A stretch of DNA of 64,000 nucleotides from an uncultured Planctomycetia bacterium. Lineage in GTDB: Bacteria; Omnitrophota; Gorgyraeia; 2-02-FULL-51-18. This document shows positions 50,901 through 57,609 of the stretch, one piece after another; positions within the stretch are counted from its first letter, which is position 1, and the number at the start of each line of letters is the position of its first letter. The translations under genes were made by a program, and so were the position numbers. The notes beneath the pieces are model-generated. The model worked only from the letters and a program-made list of their open reading frames with translations. It was not told the DNA's origin and did no database searches. Location: NCBI GenBank assembly GCA_964606485.1, contig CAZSGP010000001.1:33085-97084 (forward strand). The letters are read 5' to 3'.

Positions 50901-53221
50901 CGTTTAAAAAATACCCTGGACTTGATGTTGAAGATATCGAAAAGCTAATTCTTTTGGCAAACCGGAACCTTGAAAGGGATCGGGAGAATTTTAGAATTGG
51001 ACTTCGAAATGAAAAAAAAGCGTATCTTTTTAAAATCCGGCTAATGCAAGGCGGGCGCGGATTTTCTACGGCGGGCGCGCGGCTGGCCAAACGCAAGGAC
51101 CCCAAAAATCCCAGACTCAAGTCCTGGACCGCTTCTTCCGAGCTCAACAAAGCGGTGAACGGTCCAATCCGAATCATCGGCCAATCTTTTGGTTTTCCGG
51201 AGACGCCGGAGGAAATGGATGCGTACCGGAGCATTGTCACAGCTTTCAAGACGCATAGCGGTAATAAACCAATTGATGTGACGGTTGAATTCATGGGGTA
51301 TCTCATAGCCAGCTACCTTTTTGGTTACGGAGATTCCCAAAAAACGCTCGAACTGTTGGAAGGCTTGAGAGACAAGCCCAGAGAGCTTCGCGCTGAAATG
51401 TTTAAAGGCGACTTTTTGCCGATGATGGTCGCCGTTGCAACATTGATGCAGGCTGGAAGCGTTCGTCGGCTGATTGAAGAGGGCAAGGGTCCATTTTATT
51501 TATTCGACGAAACTTTTTTTGATGAGGGCGTTAATGAGCGCTGTATAAATTTAAGTGTGGCATTTTGGCCCACAGCCTTAAAGACACTTTACGAAAGTAT
51601 CCAATTTTTGGAGTTTACCGGAAATTTTAAAAAAGCCATCGATGTCTTAGATAATTTTATGCTAGTTATTTCATACATCAAAAGTATCGATTCAGCGTTT
51701 TCGGAAGACGAGCTTTTAGAATGGCGCCAGCGTTTAACAGAAGCGATGCAAACGGTCGAGCAGGCTAGGGCGAATAAATCGGCCGGCGCGCGGCTTGCCC
51801 ACCCCTCGCAAAAAAAAGAAAGGGTTCAGAAAGCATACAGAGGCGTTCTGAAGAGGGCTATTTTGGTGTCATCGCAACTAAAACTGCTGATGCGAACTCA
51901 CAATGAAGTGCGTGACGATCACTTTCGTCGCGACGAAGCCATGCGTGTTTTGCACGACACGCGCCGGGCTCTTTTTTCGAAATCCGATTTGATAAAAGCG
52001 GTCGCTATAGATGACCGGGCGGGATCCGAATCTTGGCTGCCCGAAGAACGCGCCGCATGTATCTGGACACTGTATTTTTTAAGTTCTTCCTTAGATAGTT
52101 GGGTGGGGCAGAGATATTTCAGCGATTACTCAACCGATGAGGAGGAACATAGTCTTCGATTTGACCGTTTAAATTGGCACGAAATTCGTCCTCTGCTTAA
52201 ACAATTGCGAAGAAACCCAAACGAAAGTCCGCTCGTTAAAAGGGCGATCCGCAATGTCTTCCGCCGCGCTCAAGGCTCGAGGCTCGTCAAAGATACTGTT
52301 TATAATTTCAGTCTCCGCGTTTTCGATGCAACCCGGCAGTCGGGCGTTCTGGCCCTCAGTTTAGGTGAGGCGACCGACGTGTTGCTGGTTAATTTTCAGT
52401 TTGACGAAGCTCAAAACATACTTCACCTGACTTATAATGACGGGACCATTTCCGTGAAAAATCCAAAAGCGATTCCACATTCCGACCGTTCGAATTTAAG
52501 CGCGTCTCTCAAAGGATTTGAAATTCCGGAAAAGGAATTGGCGGATTTGCCCGAGGTTTCAGCCCAATTCCAGAAAGCCGCGAATGCATTTAAGTCATTG
52601 CCGGCCGATTTTTTCACGCAGACTTCTAAAATAATCCGCTTGAGAGCGAGCTCATTTATTCGTAACAACTCTCCTCACAAAAAGGAATGGATCCGCTGGT
52701 TTTTGGCGTCGATTGCGGATTTTAAAAAATACGGAGCCACTGTGGTTTTAGAAGAAGACGAAGTTTCCGCGGAGATTATTTCTGCTGCGGGATCGGACGT
52801 GCCTCTTTTTGAATTAAAAAAAGGGGAGAAGCTGCCGTTTGAATCCAAAAATATTTCTCGCATTGAAATCCTTAATCCAAAATCAACCGGATCGTATAAC
52901 GACAAAACATCGACTTATCTATTTGGAATGGAAGCCGGTGGAGCCGGACTGCAAAATATTTCACTTCTCCTGCATCTAGCACTCATCGAAGCCGAGGTGG
53001 GTGTTGAAAATATGCAAGCCGGAAATAAAAAATTTGAAGTGTATCAAAGAGTTTACGAATCGATTCACGGAGCGATTTCAGATCCCGAAGGTTTTGTGGA
53101 GTTTAGCTTAGGAACAGTTATTTTAGGAGCAGCTCAGCATTTTGGGCTTGCAGCTCTTCGTGTCGAGTCGCTGATTCGGGCGACAGCTCTCGGCGCGCGC
53201 ATGGCGCTGCAGGCCGCTTAA
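44936..53221 (+). CDS. giant (2761 aa) exported multidomain protein with embedded GHKL-ATPase-like, Nudix and PLP fold-type-II domains, punctuated by a recurring GAR[LM]A motif
   Basis: N-terminal signal-like segment (KHFKFKKISFLRAISLALLMAFIGQDLLWA). Residues about 1175-1335 carry N/G1/G2-like boxes (IIDNALDAI, VSDNGAPF, YYGGNGIFL). The Nudix box AGKKERGEPVKKAASRELSEEGKI lies near nt 49207-49272. The PLP domain has VVRTPL ... FKIRG ... STGNHG ... PIGAGGPLGIAAA ... ADGIAVD across nt about 49690-50760. The remainder is mostly helical. Confidence 0.85.
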   Translation: MPIFNKHFKFKKISFLRAISLALLMAFIGQDLLWASPDLKFEHPTQNLKWAKSILPSLPETVVKLEDAWKACLPVGKGPDPSGTVILIQDAHTNPSGQMNLAKTLDLVLSSRRDLSATHIFLEAGTGDDSLSYLRKNGSLKDRQQIAMKYLKKGELHGEEYLDLTSNHNITLWGVEDKVLYLKALRDYKVVASQRSKFQNTLDKIKVTTQVLKPRILNPLLLSLEDSRQKFQKGELSFTEYADFLLTLQKSVESSHTYSHLTKLGKFKGLEQKLAARKVSARHQKAIVSRLLKASKALDYAQVLSEQKALELELFQALIQNEEERRFIDCIKLQEFYRKLFNFSLTPEEYKEFKSLNLNIQSLTGFLNRQIMSLGSYYENALFLEPGFDEVIQKAEDFYGLTLKRDEKFVENMLSQSEKQRVAAVGVRLENTEGGFRTDNRQAACLPAGRDPLRTAAVLITGGYHTPNLKNILKSKNISYISLIPQVTQETNQKRYEKILFGQNLQESHFPKIQGAVPSSMMTAPQAEVAGSRLVGEIAALPRNSTPEVVIGCQKVSFGARLAIIVMPHLSVPLAMSKRAFGVASSFLGHEKAVIEDYSLKVAKELKEDGFNFHKKEYKNMLFRCLEVLFAPAFLENTQQKLILIGKMEDFLKEFKMILGNFRPAKNEEMSDFSVVDIGWYFLVRLLTIQSMKVQWTPHDQMAAHDDLLRRAIATVLRDAKALQSDARLFFEINKEFALRAEKMMRAVGSLSLSQDFRTRFFHALEWFVSYVENPSADFEDDAVTVKELVSFEPVGKSIAKEAAENRITEDLLNRLRLVFAPVESPEEEIWHEPLDYFASLLNPEKIRVMQLSPAMGFQDQPVDGDTSGLSRTFLFQIRWFEALTQKNHSYNRWIVPDMDAYLEPLIAELSSDPSAIDRCLSKLPDYFSSAGPSPERMTLREYLGLDSVILSDRARMSLLFFQELKKASIRQNASVFLLREHDLTLGSTVVRHGAHKKRTNHLEGLLKTGPVLVLGSFVFDVETTDDWFGLCVGDKQIVRINQEKSDYVGGSTAYHLMDAVVFTVTQLAESFSWGAGSLKTSGVYIKDSEGLNPKLREFLEHVKKEHEGQLQAGLAADLKQQALGKIHYVVVTRVTDGERAPIERSPENKRTPAGSLSGARLAASPKFWRIKKSVGGSSATTIGDLKMSAIQIAGEIVDAVHGQVQKDKSAVMSAEKMKNLLSGIIDNALDAIQDGFPSHKYEGAEIEIEAIIGHGRLILKVSDNGAPFSNEAMANAGRRRFTTKDPDFEGKIYYGGNGIFLKRTSEQVRGLGGKMSIRNFADRQGSCVSFNLPFEVPLGARLASTRDFNQMSAQEVRATLKDLKDSKEIKAKSISKEWQAFRAFGKRRVAGVVVVRKIGGRWSFLMARRTNHGDNAGLFTFPAGKKERGEPVKKAASRELSEEGKISVNSNRLKIMLDEFYGYKREILLNYYVFVDASEESEIAPTKELDHFTWVPLDEIILSKPGESAKAVTAWLALKNTDLANIEIISGINPNGLESLRNVFAKVYERIESKESAAARLAQESPNPFFTKSEFEEACRALKGVVVRTPLRRLERMSKAAGKPVFLKNEAEQIGEAFKIRGVYYQVYCAVREAIQDGFNFLENFLIIFTQSTGNHGIAMILSVAKIVNSFGQNKILPIVFTFKELPPVKRFFMEKALGEYRKASGNPTAGKIVDEVDGKQFEHYSEMVRHRNLFKEENAAVARYMSHADPNIMLGHGSAGIEIHEQLNEAGIGPNKKVTLILPIGAGGPLGIAAALKLSRSNVTVVMVQCPDFDAFVRTLRSGKTQTNPKKDPKAYLLNGKTVFLRTLADGIAVDGPENERAVEIAREFVDLSVVVDDAHAVDNAGVTVYRDLQKSFEETRKPVESVRVGGTAAIAAQAIINFKNRPEIKNADAIVVLGTEGNVIEELTEHLAGQSIRYRDDELSVALIRQVDEKPLTVEQVFSLPAFKKYPGLDVEDIEKLILLANRNLERDRENFRIGLRNEKKAYLFKIRLMQGGRGFSTAGARLAKRKDPKNPRLKSWTASSELNKAVNGPIRIIGQSFGFPETPEEMDAYRSIVTAFKTHSGNKPIDVTVEFMGYLIASYLFGYGDSQKTLELLEGLRDKPRELRAEMFKGDFLPMMVAVATLMQAGSVRRLIEEGKGPFYLFDETFFDEGVNERCINLSVAFWPTALKTLYESIQFLEFTGNFKKAIDVLDNFMLVISYIKSIDSAFSEDELLEWRQRLTEAMQTVEQARANKSAGARLAHPSQKKERVQKAYRGVLKRAILVSSQLKLLMRTHNEVRDDHFRRDEAMRVLHDTRRALFSKSDLIKAVAIDDRAGSESWLPEERAACIWTLYFLSSSLDSWVGQRYFSDYSTDEEEHSLRFDRLNWHEIRPLLKQLRRNPNESPLVKRAIRNVFRRAQGSRLVKDTVYNFSLRVFDATRQSGVLALSLGEATDVLLVNFQFDEAQNILHLTYNDGTISVKNPKAIPHSDRSNLSASLKGFEIPEKELADLPEVSAQFQKAANAFKSLPADFFTQTSKIIRLRASSFIRNNSPHKKEWIRWFLASIADFKKYGATVVLEEDEVSAEIISAAGSDVPLFELKKGEKLPFESKNISRIEILNPKSTGSYNDKTSTYLFGMEAGGAGLQNISLLLHLALIEAEVGVENMQAGNKKFEVYQRVYESIHGAISDPEGFVEFSLGTVILGAAQHFGLAALRVESLIRATALGARMALQAA

Positions 53222-53237
53222 GAGGCGCAATATTCTT

Positions 53238-53267
53238 TTGACGTTCCACGTTCATTTGATAAGATAG
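53238..53267 (+). promoter_or_regulatory. candidate promoter for the tRNA cluster
   Basis: TTGACG, a 16-17 nt spacer, then TAAGAT upstream of tRNA-Leu. Confidence 0.4.
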
Positions 53268-53301
53268 CGGGTCTCAGGTGGGAGAGTAAATTTTTTTCAG
53301 G

Positions 53302-53383
53302 GGCGGATGGCGAAACTGGCAGACGCGCAAGCCTTAGGAGCTTGTGGGGCAACCCTTGGAGGTTCAAATCCTCTTCCGCCCAC
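53302..53383 (+). tRNA. tRNA-Leu (anticodon TAG), type II with long variable arm
   Basis: Acceptor stem GGGCGGA / TCCGCCC. Anticodon stem CAAGC / GCTTG with loop CTTAGGA. Variable arm GGGGCAACCC. T-arm GGAGG-TTCAAAT-CCTCT. Discriminator A. No encoded CCA. Confidence 0.85.
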
Positions 53384-53531
53384 GATTTTTTAAGCGGCTC
53401 GAGAGGATTTGAAGTGAGCGCCGTGTTTATGAGTTGCGACCTTAGGGGAGCAACGAATGGCGCGAGTGGCCGACCCGGAGCGGACATGCAATGCCGCGCA
53501 GGGCGCCAAATCCTCTTCCGCCCATAGATTT

Positions 53532-53607
53532 GCGGGAGTAACTCAGCGGCTAGAGTGCCACCTTGCCAAGGTGGACGTCGAGGGTTCGAATCCCTTCTCC
53601 CGCTCCA
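53532..53607 (+). tRNA. tRNA-Gly (anticodon GCC), CCA encoded
   Basis: GCGGGAG acceptor, D-arm ACTCAGCGGCTAGAGT, anticodon loop TTGCCAA, T-arm GAGGG-TTCGAAT-CCCTT, then CTCCCGC-T-CCA. Length 76 nt. Confidence 0.92.
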
Positions 53608-53635
53608 GTTTTTTGTTGTACAATTTTAGGACTCA

Positions 53636-54100
53636 ATGAAAATTGTCGATTTCTTAAACGATAAGGCGATTGTCGCCGACCTCAAGTCTTCTAATAAAGA
53701 AGACATTCTGCGAGAGCTTGTCGATATTCTCGCGAAGGCTGAAGGGATTCGTAATAAAGAAGAGCTCGTCAAGACGCTCTTAGCGCGTGAGGCGCTGGGC
53801 TCGACCGGCATCGGTCAAGGCGTGGGTATTCCGCATGGTAAAACTAACTCCGTTAAAAAATTAGTCGCAGCTTTCGGACTGTGCCGTCAAGGTGTAAACT
53901 TCGAAGCGTTGGACGGCGAGCCGGTTTATATTTTCTTTTTGCTCGTCGCCCCCGAAGATTCTGCCGGACCGCATTTAAAGGGACTCGCCCGGATTTCCCG
54001 TTTGCTCAAAGATAAATTTTTCAGAGAATCCCTCAAAAGCCTCACCGACGAGAAGATGATCTACAAGCTTCTCAAAGACGAAGACTCCAAAAAGCCGTGA
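53636..54100 (+). CDS. ptsN: PTS IIA-Ntr-type nitrogen regulatory protein
   Basis: PTS_EIIA_2 fold with the conserved His (GIGQGVGIPHGK). Length is 154 aa. Confidence 0.88.
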   Translation: MKIVDFLNDKAIVADLKSSNKEDILRELVDILAKAEGIRNKEELVKTLLAREALGSTGIGQGVGIPHGKTNSVKKLVAAFGLCRQGVNFEALDGEPVYIFFLLVAPEDSAGPHLKGLARISRLLKDKFFRESLKSLTDEKMIYKLLKDEDSKKP

Positions 54101-54156
54101 AACCCGGGGGAAAGCTTTCCGCGCCCCTCTACCAGAAGACGATAAGGTAAAAATCA

Positions 54157-55425
54157 ATGGGTCTTTTTAAATGGCTTTACCCAGGCATGCGCGTCAAGCG
54201 GTGGATCGTGCTGTGCTCTTTGGGAATTATCTTATCTTCGATGGGCTTTGTCCTTACGATTATTGAAGATCAGAAAACGAGCGGCAGTCTCGTGGTGCTC
54301 CTGGGTGTTGGGCTTGTAGCGATGAGCATCCGCAAAATTATTAAATCCGTTGTCACCGTTTTATTGCCTCAGCGCGAAAATGAACTCGTTAACATTATGT
54401 ATCAGAAGCGGTATCTCGAGCGCGGGCCGAAAGTCGTGGCCATTGGCGGCGGCTCCGGACTCTCCGTTTTACTCCACGGTTTAAAAGAGTTTACTTCCAA
54501 CATCACGGCTGTTGTGACGGTGGCTGACGACGGCGGATCTTCCGGGCGGCTGCGCAGTCAATTTAATATCCCGCCTCCGGGAGACATTCGCAACTGCTTG
54601 GTTGCGCTGGCTGACTCCGAAGCGCTGATGTCCGAACTTTTTCAATTTCGCTTCGAAGAATCGGGCGCGTTCGAAGGTCATAATTTTGGAAATCTTTTTA
54701 TTTTAGCGATGCTCAAGGTCACCGGAGGTGATTTTGAAAAAGCCATTCGCGAATCCAGTAAAGTTTTGGCGATTCGCGGACGCGTGGTGCCCTCTACTTT
54801 AAAGAGAGTGACGTTGACGGCTGAGCACAAAGACGGAACGCGCACCGAGGGCGAGAGCAATATCGGAAAAGCCAAAAGCCCAATTGAGAGACTTTATTTA
54901 AAACCGGAAGGGTGTGCCGCAGCGCAAGACGCGATTACCGCCATTGAGCAAGCAGACGTGGTGGTGATTGGCCCCGGAAGTTTGTACACGAGCATACTGC
55001 CTAATTTACTCATTGATGATTTGAGTGCCGCCCTTGCGCGTTCGGGCGCCCCAAAAGTTTATGTGTGCAATATCATGACTCAAGCCCACGAAACCGATAA
55101 TTTAACCGCTTTCGATCACGTAAATGCGATTATTGAACACACGCGTCCCGATGTTTTAAGCCACGTGCTCGTCAACACCGGCACGATTCCGCCCAGCATT
55201 CTCAAAAAGTACGCTACCGAAGAAGCATTTCCAGTGACGGCGGATGTGGACCGCATTAAAAGTCTAGGTTACGAGGTGATTGCCACGAACATTGCGCTTT
55301 CAGCAAACATGGTTCGTCATAACTCAAGACGCGTTGCGAGAATTGTGGTGGAACTCGTTCAGACGCTTAAGAAAAAGCAGGTTGAGGAAAAAAAGAGGCC
55401 AAGACCCTCGTATGCCCGCCGGTAA
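54157..55425 (+). CDS. YvcK/UPF0052 (CofD-like) gluconeogenesis-factor family protein with N-terminal two-TM extension
   Basis: VVAIGGGSGLSVLLHGLK and the downstream conserved YvcK core. The first roughly 75 aa are predicted to be membrane-embedded (LCSLGIILSSMGFVLTII ... LVVLLGVGLVAMSI). Confidence 0.85.
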   Translation: MGLFKWLYPGMRVKRWIVLCSLGIILSSMGFVLTIIEDQKTSGSLVVLLGVGLVAMSIRKIIKSVVTVLLPQRENELVNIMYQKRYLERGPKVVAIGGGSGLSVLLHGLKEFTSNITAVVTVADDGGSSGRLRSQFNIPPPGDIRNCLVALADSEALMSELFQFRFEESGAFEGHNFGNLFILAMLKVTGGDFEKAIRESSKVLAIRGRVVPSTLKRVTLTAEHKDGTRTEGESNIGKAKSPIERLYLKPEGCAAAQDAITAIEQADVVVIGPGSLYTSILPNLLIDDLSAALARSGAPKVYVCNIMTQAHETDNLTAFDHVNAIIEHTRPDVLSHVLVNTGTIPPSILKKYATEEAFPVTADVDRIKSLGYEVIATNIALSANMVRHNSRRVARIVVELVQTLKKKQVEEKKRPRPSYARR

Positions 55426-57322
55426 AAAGAAAAATTTCATTTTTTGTGTTCACGCTCACCAGCCCGTCGGAAATTTCGGCTCTGTTTTTGAAGAGGCTTA
55501 CGAACGCTCCTATCGTCCATTTTTTGAAGTCGTTTCAGCGCACCCTGCCGTAAAAGTTTCCGCTCATTTTTCGGGAAGCCTGTTGGATTGGCTTGCCGAA
55601 CATCACCCGGAATTTATTTCAAAGCTCAAGTCCATGGCTCAAAGCGGCCAAATTGAATTTTTGGGCGGCGCTTATTACGAGGCGATTTATGGCATGATTC
55701 CGGCTAAGGATTTAAAAGGACAGATTCTGAAGATGCGCGCGAAGTTGCGCGAGTTTTTTGGCGTAGAGTTTGAAGGGGTCTGGCTCACCGAGCGCGTGTG
55801 GGATGCCCAGCTGCCAGCGCTTTTAAAATCAGCGAAGGTAAATTTTACAATTCTCGATGATCTGCACTTTGAAAATAGCGGGGTTCAGGCGCCGGTGACT
55901 GGTTTTTACAAAGCGGGGACCGGGAAAAACTCGCTTGATCTTTTTGCGTCGATGAAAGATCTACGCTATCTTATGCCGTTTCAGAAGGCCGAGAAAACGC
56001 TCGAATTTTTTCACGCGGCGACAGCTCAAGAAAATGATGTTTGGGTTTTTGCCGATGATTGTGAGAAGTTCGGTATGTGGCCCGGAACCTACGACTGGGT
56101 GTACGGCCAAAAGTGGCTCGACCAATTTTTTACGCTGATTGAAAATGATGAGCAGATTCAGATGTGTCATTTTTCGGAAGTCCGAAAATCCTGCAAATCC
56201 AAAGGCACTCTGAGCATTAAACACGCCAGTTACACTGAAATGATGGAGTGGTCGGGAGGGCGTTTCTACAATTTTTTTGAAAAGTACGCGGAGAGCGGGT
56301 ACATGCGCGACCGTATGGAATCGGTGAGTCGCCGCGCCCAGCGCTCAAAGGAAGCACTTAATTTTCTCTATAAAGCGCAGTGCAACTGCTCGTACTGGCA
56401 CGGCGTATTCGGAGGGCTTTACTTGCATCACCTGCGTTCGGCGGTATTTGAAAATCTCATCGCTGCCGACAAAATTTTGGAAAAAAAGCCGCTCGCGTCC
56501 AAAGAAAAACTTGGGGCCGAGACGCATTATAAAATCCGTCAGAACGAGATCGTTTCTTATTTGAACGCAGGCTTAGGCGGCGCGCTCGAGGAGATTGATT
56601 ATCTTCCAAAGACGGTGAATCTGATGTGCAATTTAATGCGCCGTAAGGAAATTTATCACGAGGTGGCGCATTCTAAAAAAGCCAAAGAGGGGTCCGATGA
56701 GCCGCTCTCGATTCATGACATGCTTGGCTCTAAAGAGAAAGATCTGGATAAGCACCTTTTTTATGACCCCTATCGTCGCTTTTCTTTTTTGGATCACTTT
56801 TTTGGCTCGACTATCTCAAATGAAGAATTTTTGAGGGCAAGCTACATTGAAACCGGTGATTTTGCCGGAAAGCCGTTTCGAGCGAAGCAGGTGCGGGTGA
56901 CGGGTAGGTCGGGTTGGGTGCTTGAGCGAAAGGCGGGAGCGCTGTTGGTGCAAAAGACCTTCTTGCCTTTAAAGGCCAATACGCTCGAAGTTCGCTACCG
57001 GATTAAAAATGTTTCAAAGAAAACATTTTCGGCGGTTTGGGGAACGGAGTTTAATTTTTCGATCGGTGATCCCTACGCGAATCAGGGTGTGAGGGTGGAG
57101 GGAGTCCGGGAGTGGGTGTTTAAAGATTCCTGGAGAAATCTTGAGATTTCACTCACGACTGACCGGGAAAGCACCTTCTTGACCGCGCCTATTGAAACCG
57201 TTTCAGAGTCAGAATCGGGGCTTGAGCGCACATTTCAGGAGCTCGGGGCCTTGGTTCAAGTGCCACTCCGGCTTGAGCCGGGAGCCTTGCACGAACAAAT
57301 CTTTAAACTGGCGATCAATTAA
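55412..57322 (+). CDS. glycoside hydrolase family 57 protein (alpha-glucan-acting enzyme)
   Basis: N-terminal CVHAHQPVGNF and WLTERVWD are typical of GH57. The start is chosen at the internal MPAGKKK (55412); the ORF-track start at 55280 lies wholly inside yvcK. Confidence 0.82.
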   Translation: MPAGKKKNFIFCVHAHQPVGNFGSVFEEAYERSYRPFFEVVSAHPAVKVSAHFSGSLLDWLAEHHPEFISKLKSMAQSGQIEFLGGAYYEAIYGMIPAKDLKGQILKMRAKLREFFGVEFEGVWLTERVWDAQLPALLKSAKVNFTILDDLHFENSGVQAPVTGFYKAGTGKNSLDLFASMKDLRYLMPFQKAEKTLEFFHAATAQENDVWVFADDCEKFGMWPGTYDWVYGQKWLDQFFTLIENDEQIQMCHFSEVRKSCKSKGTLSIKHASYTEMMEWSGGRFYNFFEKYAESGYMRDRMESVSRRAQRSKEALNFLYKAQCNCSYWHGVFGGLYLHHLRSAVFENLIAADKILEKKPLASKEKLGAETHYKIRQNEIVSYLNAGLGGALEEIDYLPKTVNLMCNLMRRKEIYHEVAHSKKAKEGSDEPLSIHDMLGSKEKDLDKHLFYDPYRRFSFLDHFFGSTISNEEFLRASYIETGDFAGKPFRAKQVRVTGRSGWVLERKAGALLVQKTFLPLKANTLEVRYRIKNVSKKTFSAVWGTEFNFSIGDPYANQGVRVEGVREWVFKDSWRNLEISLTTDRESTFLTAPIETVSESESGLERTFQELGALVQVPLRLEPGALHEQIFKLAIN

Positions 57323-57327
57323 GCTTT

Positions 57328-57609
57328 ATGTTTATTAAAAAGAAGATTAAAATCAAGAACCCGCAGGGCCTGCACGCAAGGCCGGCTTCGGTATTTGTGA
57401 AGATTGCCAACAAATACGAGTCGGACATTAGTGTCAAAAAAGGCTCAGAAAAAGTAAGCGGGAAGTCCATTATGGGTCTTTTGATGCTGGCCGCAAGCCA
57501 AGGCAGCACGATTGAGATTGAAGTCAGCGGGTCGGACGCTATTTTAGCCATGAAAGAATTAGAGGAGTTTTTGTTAAACGATTCCGATGAAAAGCCAAAA
57601 GTCAGTTAA
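57328..57609 (+). CDS. ptsH: phosphocarrier protein HPr
   Basis: Active-site GLHARPAS (His15). Length is 93 aa. Confidence 0.92.
   Translation: MFIKKKIKIKNPQGLHARPASVFVKIANKYESDISVKKGSEKVSGKSIMGLLMLAASQGSTIEIEVSGSDAILAMKELEEFLLNDSDEKPKVS

Noticed and set aside
50446-51306. 286-aa minus-strand ORF inside the giant gene
   Set aside because: It is antisense to the region encoding the PLP domain, which has clear motifs on the plus strand. Its Ser/Arg-rich composition is typical of a shadow ORF.
53405-53530. Putative third tRNA between tRNA-Leu and tRNA-Gly
   Set aside because: It shares the 3' acceptor and T-loop sequence of tRNA-Leu, but the T-stem does not pair and I could build no anticodon arm or D-arm. 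It is treated as a repeat or structured element instead.
55280-55411. Upstream start of the GH57 ORF at 55280
   Set aside because: That segment lies entirely within the yvcK coding region in another frame. GH57 homology begins at the MPAGKKK start.
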